From Anthoceros angustus (Eukaryota; Plantae; Anthocerotophyta): a stretch of DNA of 64,000 bases. The stretch spans positions 124,001 to 188,000 of the forward strand of contig VJWM01000186.1 in the NCBI GenBank assembly GCA_010909165.1, given 5' to 3'. Made by a program: the position numbers and the translations under genes. The notes beneath the pieces were generated by a model. It was not told where the DNA came from and ran no database searches. It was given only the letters and a program-made list of their open reading frames with translations. Position 1 is the stretch's first letter; every line of letters begins with the position of its first letter. Shown piece by piece: positions 22,907 through 36,874 of this stretch.

Positions 22907-25900
22907 ATGGTCCGACGCTCGGATCCGGAGTTCACAACGTACATGTACTGTCCATGCCCGAGTTGTGCAGGAAGCACCATTAAAATTCCGGCGCACATTT
23001 CGGCTCGGCACTACCAGCAAACAATCCGGTCTTGGTTCCGCGAGGTGTGTACTTCGATGTTTTTTTACAGCTCTTTCGTGGATGCGAACGATGATCTGCC
23101 TGACCCCCCTCATGCCCGCATTGAGTTCCGCCCGCAGGCCGATGCCCATTCTCATGAAGTTGGCAATGGCCACCCGCCTTCGACTGTACCTGTGGGGCCA
23201 GCCGATATTCGCGGTGACCACACCGCCTCACGCAAATGCGAGTGCAGGTGAACCCGCTGACCACACGGCGGATACAGGCGAGCCAATGCCGGATTTGGTG
23301 TATGGTTGTGAAAGAGAGGACATGCTGCGGACCTTGATGCGGACGCTAGGGTGGACACTGATGCGGACGCGCCTGCGGACCAGGACGCGCGTGCGGACCT
23401 TCATGCCGACGGAGGAGATTCTGTGGACTTGGATGAACTGTTGGCCGCTGCTGGTGTTCCCGACGTACCTGGCAAGGAGAGAGCATATGCCCGGGATGCT
23501 GCGGAAATGCCCTTGTTCACCATCGCAGAACCTTGCACCTCGAAAGAGTCCCGCTTAACTGCAACCCTGCTCTTGCTTTCCATTCAAACTCGTTATGGCA
23601 TACCTGACGTCGCGATGTCAGATTTATTGCAGGTTGTTGGGCTGCATTTGTTGCCTGAGAGGAATTCTCTGCCCAAGTCGATGACGGAGGCTAAAAAGAC
23701 ATTGTACTCCTTCGGGCCGCACTTCAAGAAAATTCATGCCTGTGTAAATGACTGCATGCTGTTTCGGGGCCCCTATGCGGACCACGCGGAATGCATTAAA
23801 TGCTCTGCAGACAGATATGTCGAGGGCAGTGGACTGCCAAACGGCGCTAGGAGAGCTCCCAGGAAAGTTCTGTGGCACTTTCCGCTGAAGGATAGGCTGG
23901 CCCGCATGTTTAGAGCACCAGACACTGCAAGGCTAATGACAGCGTACATGGATCTGCGGAGCACAGATGGGTCCATGGGCATAATGGCCGACACACCGGC
24001 ATGGGAGGTTTTAGATGGATTGGATGGCTTTGGCTCGGAACCCAGAAACATCCGTCTCGCTCTTGCAACGGACGGGTTTAACCCATTTGGACACAAGTCC
24101 ACAACTACATCTATATGGCCTGTTATGCTATTCTTACACAACCTTCCACCATGGCTAAGCACGAAATCCGCTTATACCATCATGCCGCTTATTGTGCCGG
24201 GCCCTCACATTGTGCCGAACTTTGATGTTTACATGGAACCTCTTTTGGAGGAGTTGAGAGACCTGTGGCATGGGATACCCATGGACGACTTCTCTTTCCC
24301 GGACAGCCCGCGACGGCGCTTCACGTTGCGAGCAGCTGTTTTGCACACCATAGCTGATTATCCGGGCATTGGCACACTCCACGGCTTTCAGGTGAAGGGT
24401 TCAAGGGCATGTGCGGAATGTTGGGATGGCTTAGACTCTCGCTGGGCCCACCACGTGCAGAAGGAGGAGTACCTTGGCTCCCGGCGGTGGCTTCCGCCCA
24501 ATCATCCCATGCGGCGGGTAGACATGGACCGGTACAACAATGAAGTGGAGCGGCCTCGTCCCAATCCCCTCGTTTGACGCTAATGGCGGACATGGAAAGA
24601 GAGATAATGCAACAAGAGTTGAGGGAGAGAGGCAAGTTTGGCACCGCCGCAAAAGCTTATGGTTTGATTACTGCCGTATTGGAGACACATCGAGGTGGAC
24701 ACAAAGGGATGTTATGCACATTGAGAAGAACAATGCGAGGCTTTGTGGCGGACCTTGATAGGAGAGAAAGATGATCTACGATCCCGTTTAGACATGGAAG
24801 AATACGGGGCAAGCATGAGCTATGGCCATTGCTAGGAATAGGAGACCTTCTTGCACCTCAGTATGTCTTATCCAAGCCGGACTTGGATATGGTTTTTGGA
24901 GATGCAGCCATACACCAATCGGATACGCATCAAACATCGCAAATCAAGGCCCGCAACTGGAACCTCAAAGCTCATGATTGGCATGTTGTCATGGAGATTT
25001 ATTTCCCTATTGTCTTACGGGACGAATCAAGCCCTCGATACAAAGCGTTGACGCCTCGAAACTATATCGGATATGCCAACGTCGGATTCCGGGGCATGAG
25101 GTTGGGAGAATGCAACAAGAGTGCATCAGGGTCATGTGTCAGTTGGAAAGAGAATTTCCACCCAACTTGTTTGATATTTCGACGCATCTCATTATTCACT
25201 TGGTGGATGATGTTGCGGCATTGGGCCCGGTAAGTGTGCGCTGGATGTATCCTGTGGAGAGGTATTTGGGGAGCAGGAAGGACACTATTAGACAGCGTAG
25301 CAAACCCGAGGGCAGTATGGCGGAGGGATATGTGAGGGAGGAATCTTTGCTGTATGCTAAGTCGTACCTTAGTGAACACTATCCTCAATCGTCCCATATT
25401 TGGAGCGATAAGTTCATGAAGAATGCGACAGGAAAGGCATTAGGCATGGGACGCCCATACAAGTTTACGACGCCGGAGTTGCACCAGGTCCACACTTTCA
25501 TCTTGGTCCACATCCAAATCTTAGACCCATTCTTGCAGCAGTACAAGGAGGAAGTGGAACAAGGAGTAACGACGGAGCCATCTTTTCGTGCATGGATCCA
25601 TGCCGGCAGATTCAGCCGGTGGGAAGATTCATCCATCTCACGACGATGTGGCTGCGATTATGGACGGGCCGTCCCTTTGGGCCACGGCATGCACATGGCA
25701 TGCAAGGAAGCCACCTTGGACGATCGCCGCCGAAGAGTCGAAAGTGACACAGGACAGCGGTGTGTTCACCCGGTACGTCATGGGGGACGAAGGGGAGCGG
25801 ACTTACTATGGCCATGTCCAAGAAATCCTGCGGGTCTCGTTTTGGGGTACGAACCACTCATCCCGAAGGTGAAGTGGTTCGAGTGCAATCCGCAGATCTC

Positions 25901-26040
25901 CTTCGTTGATAGAAACGATCACGAGGTTTCCACCGCGTGTTCACTAGGCGCTATTATGCGTATCGGGCGGATGATGTCGATACCCCATTCATATGGCCAA
26001 ATCAAGTGACCCGATGTATTCTACATGCGATGGGCAGAGA
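22907..26040 (+). pseudogene. CACTA TnpD-type transposase (Transposase_21, DUF4218- and DUF4216-like parts), frameshifted
   Basis: MYCPCPSC; KIHACVNDCMLFRG..CIKC; EPRNIRLALATDGFNPFG; SIWPVMLFLHNLPPW; DVYMEPLLEEL; TIADYPG; LKAHDWHV; HLIIHLVDDVAALGPVSVRWMYPVERYL; PEGSMAEGY; YYGHVQEI..KWFEC. Confidence 0.92.
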
Positions 26041-28839
26041 AGAGAGGGGTGGGCATTAGCGTGCCCACTCCCGCGGGGTGGAGGGAGGACGAAGGAGGAA
26101 GCGTGATGGACAACGTGGGCGGCTTTCGGATAGGAAGTGAAACGATCCATTGAAACCCTAACTAACGAAACCCTCTACTACCCGCATGTATGGACGGCTT
26201 ACAAGCTCAATTACGCCTTTAGGCTAATAACAAGAGATGCAGATAACGATTCGCACTATTCCCGAGATGTCGGATGTTCGAAGTCAACAACAATTACGCT
26301 CTATGCCATCGTCTTCTTTTCCATAAAACTATCCATATGCGGAAGGTGGCGACCTCGGTCATTTATGGCGGGCTTTGTCCGCAGCGTCTCTCCACAGCTT
26401 TAAGAAGGACCCACCAAGTTTGGCGCTCATCCACGAACCAAGCCCAAACATCGAGAGCCGGCACCAAGTCCATCCACTGTGTGATTTCAAGTAAACACCT
26501 CCCTACCTCCTGCACGCGCCTGCGAGCATCCAAGGCATCTGCGTCAGACTCCGGTAGAACCCGTGGCGAGCTCCTTCTTCGCGATTCGGGCGCGGCGGGC
26601 GGTGGCGACGCCCGAGCCGACCAGTGCGGATGATGCTCTCCATCTCCGTCAGAAAAGGATCCCTATTGCCGGCGTCATCGGGTGCAGCAGCCATTGCCGA
26701 GACACTTTCCACCGATGCCTGCAAGTGCACAAAAGCGGTGGTGAGCGGGAAGGTCGGGCGCGGAAGGACGGAACGCATGAAAGTGAAGAGGTCGTCACCA
26801 CACAAGACAAGCTTGCCGCGGAGCGCAGGCACGCAGTTTGGAACAATGGCCCCGAGGAATGGCTAACCATCGATGAATTATAGAAATGCGCGCTCGCATC
26901 ACGGCGCGCATGTATGCGGAAAATATGGACATTTTCCACCGATGCTGCACAAGCGTGCTGCGGGAATCAAGTTAGCAGCGGCAGTAAAGATTTTGTTCAG
27001 CTGCATGCACGCGCCGCAACAGCCCATTGCCTGACAAGCATGTAGGTGTGTCTGCGAAAACAAGTGAATGGTGAGGGTGATGTATGCGGAACACATGGAC
27101 ATGTACCACATACTGCAATGAAGGTCATGTGCCATGTATAGGCAGAAAGATGGGATGCCGGAGGATATACCCTTCGATAATGGTGTGTAGCAAAACATCG
27201 AAAAACCCACGAATACTGGTACTTATTGATTCCCGCCACCCAAGGACGACAGGCATATGGATGTATGGACACCACATACACACATGAAGCTAATGTGACA
27301 TATATAGACAAGAGGTTGGGAGGACGGATGAATTATCCTTGGATAATGGAACGGGATACCCTAAACCCTAATAGTGTATTAATACATTCAATAATGTATT
27401 AATACACCGACTAATGGTACTTAATTATTCCCGACACCCAAGGACGACCGGCCTATAAATCTTTGGCGCATGTATGCGGAAAATATGGACATTTTCCACA
27501 TACGGACATGTGGTCATGTGACATATGTAGGCACGAACCGACATGTGACATATGTAGGCACGGAACCGACATGATCCTTGGCAAACCAACGATGCCGCAT
27601 AAATTTGTCCTTGGAGAATGGTATATATTAATATCCAGAATTAAACATGGACAATGCTACTGCATTATGCCCGACACCCAAGGACGACCGGCCTATAAAT
27701 GGTGAGGGCCTATGGATGGAGATGCGAACGAGTCATCTCTGTTCTGCAGCGATGCGCGGAATGGCTCAACGGACACAAAAAGTGGCGCGCGTACAAGGGA
27801 GGGCGTCGGGAGGATGTGCGAACCCGCACATCCATACCCTAGGACATTGTCTGTGGAGGCAGAGCAGATGAAGGTCCGTAGGTCTGCACGACTGGCGGAG
27901 GTGAATTTGAAGGAGAAGGCATCGACTGCCCACGCGGCCATACAACGGACAACACGCCATCCCGAAAATACAAAGAGATGCCAGATAACACGGAGGAACT
28001 TGCAGGAAGCGGTTCGTGATTCGATTCTTGCAGAATGTGTGCACATATGGGCGGAGGATGACGTCATTGGGGAATCTTGTTCGATTGGGAGCTCGGGTAT
28101 GCACCCGCCTCTCTTTGGAATAGAGACACGGTACTTGGTAACCAGCCCTCATCTGAGGAAGAAGTAGGGAAATGCTGGAATGAATATCACACAGCCCTTT
28201 CTTAGATGGAAAGGGCAAGCCGATGACGGCGTGTTTGGCAGTGGCTTTGTTGCGATTGCATTGTGAACGATGAGATTCATGTATGAAACTTGCCTTCCCT
28301 GGCACGCGTTGCAAAGCCGGTTGTAACGAAGAGGAGTAAAGGAAACGTGTAACACTTGTCACCCTATGCGTCAGCCATGCAATTGGAATGAGAACGGGTG
28401 GCATGCGGATAACAGGAATGGAAAACGGCTGTAGTCCAGTGTAACAGTCGATCAGTGTGGCGAGTCCATCGGTTTTCTCGCTCTGCATGTAAGGATGTGC
28501 CGGCAATAAATTGCCGTGTCAAAAACTATTCCCAGCAATTCCAGCAATTGAAAACATCGGCGGCTGTCAGCGGGAGAGGCGGAGGGAGGGTCTGGCGGTT
28601 TCGGCCTGCCATGTCGAGATGGAGTCGAAGGGAACAAGTTTCCCTTTTGCTGGTGATTTCGGTCACATGGCGCGGGCAGGAGTCAAGTGCGAACGGGTGG
28701 TCTTTTGTCCGGCGGCACGGTGCGGCGGAGGGGGCGGGAACTGACGGGTTTGAAAGAGGCTACAATCTGCGCCATTCCGCCGGTTTGCCATCTCGTTTAC
28801 GCTGCCTTCCCATCTTGCGCTTTATCCTAACCAAGTACG

Positions 28840-30909
28840 AAATGCCTTGCACATCGACAGGACCCAGCATTCGTGAGTCCGGCAATTCCTCGCCGGTTCC
28901 AGGAGAACTCCAGCTTCGAAGACATGGTTTCGAAGTGCCTATACCTTTGCCGGACACGGTTAGTTTGAACATGTTCATGATGTCCGTTTGATACTAAAGC
29001 TTTGGCAGGCGCCGTCCTGTACCTTGGTCACGGTGACAACAGAATTTGCTGTTCAGAAGGAAGCATACGACGTCTTCTGGCTGCAAACTGACTGCCGCGA
29101 TGTCGTGGTTGACAGGGCGCAGAATTTCCAGAAGGGTGGACATTGGGAGCACATGGAAATGCCATATGGGATCCGGATGCAGATGCAGGAGGACATGGAT
29201 GTTGGGGAGGACCTCGCCTGGAGGAAAATGTCCCGGACGAGGTTCCAGATTCACAGCAAGATGCCGAGTGTAATGGCACGCCGGGTAGTGCCCGCGTAGC
29301 TCGCCTTGCAGCAGCCCTCCACGAAGTGTGGGCGGGGAATTTTGCAGCTGCAGGCGGTCAACGGGCGGAGGCACCATGTTGCTGCAAACATGGGCCAGCA
29401 GCTGTTGTGGACGACATGGACAACAAGGAGCTGGTCGGAGCAATACTACGGAAAAGGGGATTGCAGTGGCTCCAAGACCAGCAGTTGGAGCTAACAGGTG
29501 GCGGGCAAGAGGAAGGGAATGTGGCGAAGCCCGGGCTTCGCCACCATTGACATTTGGTGGCCTCAGTGTGCCACGGCACAAGAAGTTCATGGAAGTCATC
29601 CGCAGCAAAGCTGCAAACGAGATTCCGGGCAAATGGAGCGACTTGTCGCAGGCAAGGAGGAAGGAACTGTGCAGTGAAGTGGCTTCACAGTTCCCAGATC
29701 TCCTGGTGAAGTCCATGATTAGGTCGGAGTTTAGTCAGTACACCCGAACGCGGAACAACAGATATGTGGAGGCAGCAAAGGCATACGCCTTAGCGGAGAA
29801 GAGAGTAGGGAAAAAAAAAGCCGCAGCTTTGAAACCTCCACTGGCGGATGAAAAGGTGTGGAGGGATATTGTCACATGGGCACGAGTTGAACTCAGACAA
29901 CACGGGAACTTTTTGCCGTCGAAGGCATCGCTTGCAGCAAAGGCGAGATTGGAGAAATCCAATGGACAAGGGCCAAACCCATGGGGCCAGTGTGGACGCG
30001 CTGGCTGGGAGTTCAAGTTCCAAGAAAAGTATGGGAGAGCCCCAACCGACGAAGAATGCGAATTTGGTGCACTCCGGCCACTAGCGAAAATGCATGAACT
30101 GTGGGATGTGATGAAGCGGGGAGAACCACCTGTGGCAGACTTTCTGAAAGATCTGCGGGTCATAATAAGGGCTCAACGCGATGCCAAAACCCTTGAGGCC
30201 AAACGCAATTCAGGTAAGTGTGCAGGAATTAATTCCGATTCGGATGTTGGTGCTTCAGATGAGGATGAAGACGGTGGGGAAGAGCCGGATGGGGATGACA
30301 CATACCAGGACACAAATTCCGAGGACGAGGTGCTTGGAGGACGAGGGGACGGAGAAGAGTATGCAGAAGAGGGGGAAGGGACGGGTGCGCATGGGGATGA
30401 AGACAACGGGCAGAATGGAAAAAGCGTTGGCATCTCACACATATGCACATCGGAGTCACTAGGTGGAGGGGCATCGGCGTCAGACAACGACGATTTCGAG
30501 GAAGTGTATACTCGTTCTCGGAGCGCGACAGGAAAAGCAGCGCCGATAGGTGGCCACGTCTTGGCGTAGAGGCGAGATAGCGAGGCCCGGCGTGGCGGTG
30601 AAGACAAAGGCCTCGGCGTCGAAGGGGAAGGAGAGAGGCGCGAAGTCCAGGGTGAGACGTACTGATGGACTCATGAGGTTTGGGCTGCCTGTTAGTTCTG
30701 CACTAATGTTTCTTCTCATGCATGCACAACCGGTCATGGACGTCGTCAATGTGGAGGGCCTGCAACCATCCGCCGAAGAGAACCAACGATGGAAAGGCAC
30801 AAAGCGGAAAGGAGCACAGCCTGTATCACGGAATGCGAAAAGAGCCAAAGGCCGCAAAAGTGTCATGAGCGGTACAGCAGTCAAATACGCCGCACGCGAG
30901 TATAATTAG
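28840..30909 (+). CDS. CACTA ORF2 / TnpA-like (Transposase_24-like) protein, disrupted or spliced; core 29550-30200
   Basis: 413-aa frame 29328-30569 with KWSDLSQARRKEL..F, PPLADEKVWRDIVTW, PNPWGQCGRAGWEFKFQEKYGRAPT and an acidic tail; typical position for the second CACTA gene. Confidence 0.6.
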
Positions 30910-31513
30910 ATGTCGAGGCCGCAGAAACTACAAAACCCATGAAATGACATAGACATGTGCTTAGCAGTGGGTGTAACCCCTGGTGTATTGTGATTTTTGA
31001 CCCGAAATAACGCGACTTCCTGTATAGCATCAGCTTCGTATGCACGACGTATGTATCAAATGACGCGGACATGACGGCATACTGTCGACATACAGATCGG
31101 ACGTATGTCACAGTTCGTGAGACGACATGGGGCCCGTGGGATGTACATGCCACATGTCCGGCGGGCGTACGGGACATGAGCCGTTGCACACCGCCGAAAG
31201 GACCAGCGACGCGTGGAATGATTCGGAGCGAGAGGGATGTCGAGCGTGTTAAGTTTGAAAACAAACCCGATGGGTAATTAATGCGTGGACCGGAAGGCCA
31301 CAAACTCGACAAGGCGGAACCGAACTCGACTCACCAAACCGCCCCAAAGTGTGTAACAAATTTTGTTGTCACGACCTTCATGTTACAGGTTTTGTAACAG
31401 ATCCGAGGCCCGGGACACGGCCTAATCCATGTTACAAAACCGGCATAAACGTTACAAAAACCCCGAATCCTGTTATAAAACACCATAACATGGACACCAT
31501 GTTTCTAGTAGTG

Positions 31514-33160
31514 AGGTGAAGATTTTGAAGTGCAGAATATGGTCCCCCTCTAGCGAGGTGCCCACTCTTCAGTATCCTCATAGGGATATTGCTTCTATAC
31601 AGGGCCTTCGAGTTTTAGGGGTCCCAGTGGGGCCCCCTATTTTTGTACAGGAATTCGTGGATGCGGCTTTGGAGGAGGACCTGGCACATATCACTGATCT
31701 CTCCCAATTAGGGGATCCACACGTGACATTCAATATTCTATCTTCGTGTTTTGCGCGCCAGCCAGGCTACCTCCTTCGCACAGTTCCGCCCTTCTCGAGA
31801 TTCTTGTCCAGCCTGAGGGGTTTTGATAAGCAGGTTATGCAGGCGCTGGCCGACATCATTGGCCCAAACATCTTCAAGTGCGCTGCTGGGGACTTGGCAA
31901 GGAGATAGGTATCCCTCCTTGTCACCTTTGGGGGCACTGGTCTCTTGGCTACGGAAGCCTCAGCGCCGGCAGCTTTCCTTGGGAGTTGGGCCCTCTCTTC
32001 TCCCATCTTGGTCTCTTACTTCGTCATTAGGAATTCTCGCATTCTGGAGTCTTTCGTCGCGTGAGTGGAGGAAGGCGATTTTCCCCTGTAGATGGCCCTC
32101 TGTTTGGCTAGAGGTTCCCTACCCATAGATGCTAGGGCAGCCTTATCTTCTTTTGCTTCGCTCACCGAGGCCAGATTCTGGGGCCTTCACGCGTCCCTCC
32201 TGGAGAAGCAATATCGGCAGGCGCAAGTGGCCTTTCTTCGGGACTCGTCCATCCCTAGGGCGGCTCGTGCCCGTCTCCGCTCTTGTTGAGGTAAGGGAGC
32301 AGGTTCATAACTTCTTGCGCGGTCTTGCGTCCAAGCTTTCCGAATCGCACCAGCCTCTTTTTCTACCGCAATGAGGTTTCGCTTGGGCCTGATCCAGCCT
32401 TCGGCCTGCTCTCTCCATGCTTGCAGCTGTGGGGCACCCCTCGACGACTCGGGTACTCACCTTACTCGTCCTGGGCGGCGCATTGTTCACATGGCTGCTT
32501 CACACGCCATGTTTCGATGGCCAAGGAGGGAGGCTTCTTTTCTTACAGGGAGCGCCCTTATACTCTGCCTAACGGGGTTTCCCTTCAGGCAGACCTTTTT
32601 TTGGCCCGGGGGACCAAGTTTCGGTTGCAGATATGCTTGTCAATGACCCTACTCGGGATTCCGTCAATGAGTATGTGATCCTCAACCCTTCAGGGTAGGC
32701 AACGGAGGGATGTGCCACGGCGAAGGTTCGTAAGTACTCTCCCATGCAGCAGGGGGCACACCTTCATCCCCCTCACCATCAAGATCCATGGGGCCATGGG
32801 CAAGGCCTTTTCTAAGTTTCTGAAGAGCTGTGGTAGGGAGTACCACAGCCGCAAGAACGGGGTTGGCCTCCCTCTTTCATGTATCGTGGCTTTCTATAGG
32901 CAACGGCTGTCCATCGCCCTGCAACGGGCATTGGCCAACGCGATATATAGGACAACGGAGAGTGCAGGGTAGGCGGTTTTTTCGGCACTGGTGGTGAATA
33001 GGCCCTTTCATATCCCCGATTTTGATATCCTTGGTGCAATAGGCAGTTACAAGACTGGCGACAACAAGAGTTAGTCCCCCATGGTCTGGTGGCCTCATCC
33101 TTAAGGGTCTCTTCTCATGGGTAGATAGGTTTCCCATCTCCTTTTCATAATAAAATCTCA
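31514..33160 (+). mobile_element. CRE-type non-LTR retrotransposon, 3' part (thumb, zinc knuckle, RLE endonuclease, 3'UTR)
   Basis: GLRVLGVPVG, PGYLLRTVPP, GGTGL, MRFRLGL..CSCGAPLDDSGTHL, ADL, HTFIPL..GAMG, FYRQRLSIALQRALANAI; collinear with the copy at 61930-64000. Confidence 0.85.
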
Positions 33161-33446
33161 TGTTTACGTTCTAATAGAAGATTGTATGAAACATGCAACA
33201 CATGCATTTTTTAATATGGCAGCTACTAATTAATTTTTTATTTCTTTTAATTCTTCATCTTTCTACTATATCTCACCGGTGTTATTACTATTAAGCAATT
33301 TCCTGCATATATTGCTGGAAGGTGGGCCAGGGCCATCCGATCCCTAGCGCGCCGCGCCGCGCCGCCCTCCACCACCATTTTTACTCTTCGCAGCCAGCTC
33401 CAGTTAGTTCTTTCTCGACTCTCTCTCACACCTTGCCGCAGCGGCG

Positions 33447-36400
33447 ATGGCCTCCACGGTGCTCAGCGCCGGGTTTGTGGAGCTCTTCATTCCACTTGCG
33501 GCCGTATTCGGCATCGGTTTCGCGCTACTCCAATGGTTTTTAGTGTCCAAAATCAGCGTCACTCACTTCTCCTCGAACAATGGCTACTACGAAATCGAGG
33601 ACGGCGTCGACCAAACTAGCATCGTGGAGAAGTGTGCGGAGATCCAAGCGGCTATCTCCCTAGGTGAGTTTCTCTGTGTAGTTCTGCTCATTGCCTTCAT
33701 ACCTTTCCTGCAACTTTCTTCTTCCTATCTGTTTGTACATAGCACTCACGCCAAAACAGGTTCTGGATCTGAAGTTTGGAACCCCCAGTTTGCGAGCTGT
33801 GTGCGGATTCGCTGACTCTTTGAAGTTTGCTACTTTCAGGAGCCGAGTCATTTCTGCAGACGGAGTACAAGTACCTCTCATTTTTCATGCTTGCCTTCTC
33901 CATCCTCATTTTTCTGTTCCTTGGTTCAGTGGAAGGCTTCAATGCTGTTGCCCTCGCGAATGCCTTTTTCACTACTCTGGCATTTATACTGGGTGCCCTT
34001 ACTTCCACACTTTCTGGCTACCTGGGCATGAAGATAGCCACTTACGCCAATGCAAGGACAACTCTTGAAGCGAGAAAGGGCGTGGGCAAAGCCTTTGTGG
34101 TTGCGTTCCGCTCCGGATCTGTCATGGGATTTTTGTTGGCTTCAAATGGACTGCTTGTACTTTTCGTCACTATCCTTCTGTTCAGCTTGTTCTATGGCGA
34201 TGACTGGGTTGGTCTGTACGAGGCGATCACTGGCTACGGGCTTGGAGCGTCTTCAGTGGCTCTTTTTGGACGAGTTGGAGGTGGTATATACACGAAAGCC
34301 GCTGATGTCGGTGCGGACCTGGTTGGGAAAGTAGAGAGGAACATTCCCGAGGATGACCCAAGAAACCCTGCGGTTAGTTCTTTTGTCCTACGTTATATCG
34401 TGATTCGTTGGCCTCATTTTTCCCGGCAGTATGTATTTCATAGAGTTTCATGAAGAATTACTCATTTCTGTGTCTCCTGGCCAGGTTATTGCTGACAATG
34501 TTGGTGACAATGTGGGAGATATTGCTGGAATGGGAGCAGATCTGTTTGGGTCGTTTGCAGAGTCTTCGTGTGCAGCACTGGTCATTTCCTCCCTGTCATC
34601 TTTCGGAACGCAGAGGGACTTCGTAGCTATGAGCTACCCTCTCATGATTAGTGCATCTGGGATTTTTGTTTGTTTCTTCACCACTCTTGCTGCCACGGAC
34701 TGTTTTCCGGTTAAATCTGTGAAAGGCATTGAGCCCACTCTGAAGCGTCAGTTACTTATCTCAACGGTATTGATGACATTCGTCATTCTCCTTGTCTCTT
34801 TTGTTGCCCTCCCTGCTGAGTTCTCCATCAACATAGTTGGTGGATCTGCAAAGGCTGTTAAGAACTGGTGAGTATGCAAACATGGGCTTTCAGGACCACA
34901 GTGTCTTTATCCAGCACGCTGTTGAGACTAATGTTTAGCTGGGTTGTTGCAGGCACATTTTCTTCTGTGTGGGGTCCGGACTCTGGGCTGGCTTAATTAT
35001 TGGATATGTCACAGAGTACTTCACGAGCAATGCCTACAGGTCGTGTGGGTTTTGAATTTGCTGTTTCTGTCATTGGAATGCTTTTTGTTGAAGTATGCTC
35101 TCCCGAGCTTGCTATGCTTTTCTCTGTGTGTAAGCCTTTGCACTTGGTTGGAGTTTGTTTTTACACCTAATAAGGTATTGCAATTTTGACAGGCCTGTGC
35201 AGGAAGTTGCTGATTCTTGTCGCACTGGTGCTGCTACAAACATTATATTTGGGCTTGCCCTCGGTTACAAGTCTGTCATTATCCCAGTGTTTGCCATAGC
35301 GGCTGCAATCTATTTGAGTTTTAGCTTGGGAGGCATGTATGGGATTGCTGTTGCAGCTCTTGGAATGCTTAGTACAATGGCGACTGGCCTTGCTATTGAT
35401 GCGTATGGACCAATCAGTGATAACGCTGGTGGTATTGCTGAGATGGCTGGGATGGCCCACACCATCCGTGAGAGGACTGATGCTCTTGATGCGGCCGGAA
35501 ATACAACTGCTGCAATTGGAAAGGTACTTTCTTGTCTGGATGCTGCTTCTTATTTTCAGCTGGTTGGGGAAGAAATCTCGCTCACTCTTCAAGCTTTTCA
35601 ATGCAGGGATTTGCAATCGGGTCGGCTGCCCTGGTGTCCCTTGCTCTGTTTGGTGCATTCGTCAGCAGAGCAGGAATTGCTAGTGTTGATGTGATGCAGC
35701 CGAAGGAATTTATTGGTCTAATTGTTGGGGCTATGCTGCCATACTGGTTTTCGTGTCTCACCATGAAGAGTGTGGGTACGGCTGCTCTAGCCATGGTGGA
35801 GGAAGTGAGGAGGCAGTTCAAAGATACTCCTGGATTGTTGGAGGGGGATACTAAACCAGATTACAAAAAGTGTGTTCAGATCTCCACCGATGCTTCCCTC
35901 CGAGAGATGATTCCGCCGGGAGCACTTGTTATGTTGTCTCCGATCATTACTGGTTGGCTCTTCGGTGTGTCTACTCTTGCAGGGTTACTGGCTGGGGCTT
36001 TGGTGTCGGGCGTCCAGGTGATCATTTTGTCCAGGCTGGCAGATGTCAGTTGTTGTAGCTGTTTAGATTGGTATTGGCTTCTCGGGATCTCAATGCGAAA
36101 TTTCTCTTTTGCAGATAGCAATCTCCGCCTCTAACACCGGCGGTGCCTGGGACAATGCGAAGAAATACATTGAGGTACTTCGACGCCGTCTGCTCTGTTC
36201 TCTTCACTTGTTGTGGGTTTCTTTACTTTTTGGTTAATATCCAGTCACCATGGTATGCAGGCTGGGAATTCTGATCATGCAAAATCCCTTGGTCCCAAGG
36301 GGTCGGAAGCTCATAAAGCAGCCGTTATTGGAGACACCGTGGGGGATCCACTGAAGGACACGTCAGGCCCTTCGTTGAACATTCTCATCAAGCTGATGGC

Positions 36401-36464
36401 CGTGGAATCCTTAGTTTTAGCCCCGTTTTTTGCGACTCATGGTGGCATTTTGGTTCGAAACTAA
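33447..36464 (+). CDS. AVP1: Vacuolar H+-translocating pyrophosphatase, type I (K+-dependent), 8 exons
   Basis: [81 protein letters not shown] (GNxxAA, K+-dependent type), [26 protein letters not shown]; GT-AG introns. Confidence 0.96.
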
Positions 36465-36874
36465 AAATGACTTTGCTCACCCCCTGGATGTTGGGCAACA
36501 GGTGCCCTCTCGATTGTAACGTCAAAGTCAGATTTTAAGTTCTGCCTTTTTTTATTCTTTTCTATCCTATAAGTCTCCACGTTCTTCTTTTTACAATCCA
36601 TCGAATTGAATTCTCGTCGGTATCTTCGGTACCGAACGTCCCACATCTCATGCGTACTAAGTAGACTTGGTTGAGTCATCGTCATCTGGCTATCCAAGTG
36701 TTGTTGAAAGGTTTCACATATTTCGTCATTTGAATATGGTACATGTAACTTGAATCCTATATATTCTTCGAGCTTGCCGCCCTTGCCCTTGGAGCTATTG
36801 GAGGGTGGAGGCAGGTCATCGGTGAAGTAAGGAGCAGGATATCGCCGAGTTGGAGAGGGACTTGGTAGAAGCCA

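Larger units (their letters stand above)
20155..31513 (+). mobile_element. Complete CACTA/En-Spm DNA transposon (11,359 bp), TSD AGG
   Basis: TIRs CACTACTAGAAACATGGTG(C/T)CCATGTTA at both ends; agg at 20152-20154 and 31514-31516; subterminal TGTTAC/GTAACA motifs at both ends; excision restores host LNLKVKILKCRIWSP. Confidence 0.96.

Noticed and set aside
27712-28506. 151-aa (+) and 246-aa (-) ORFs in the CACTA interior
   Set aside because: No recognisable motifs; overlapping antisense frames; the plus frame is interrupted by stops.
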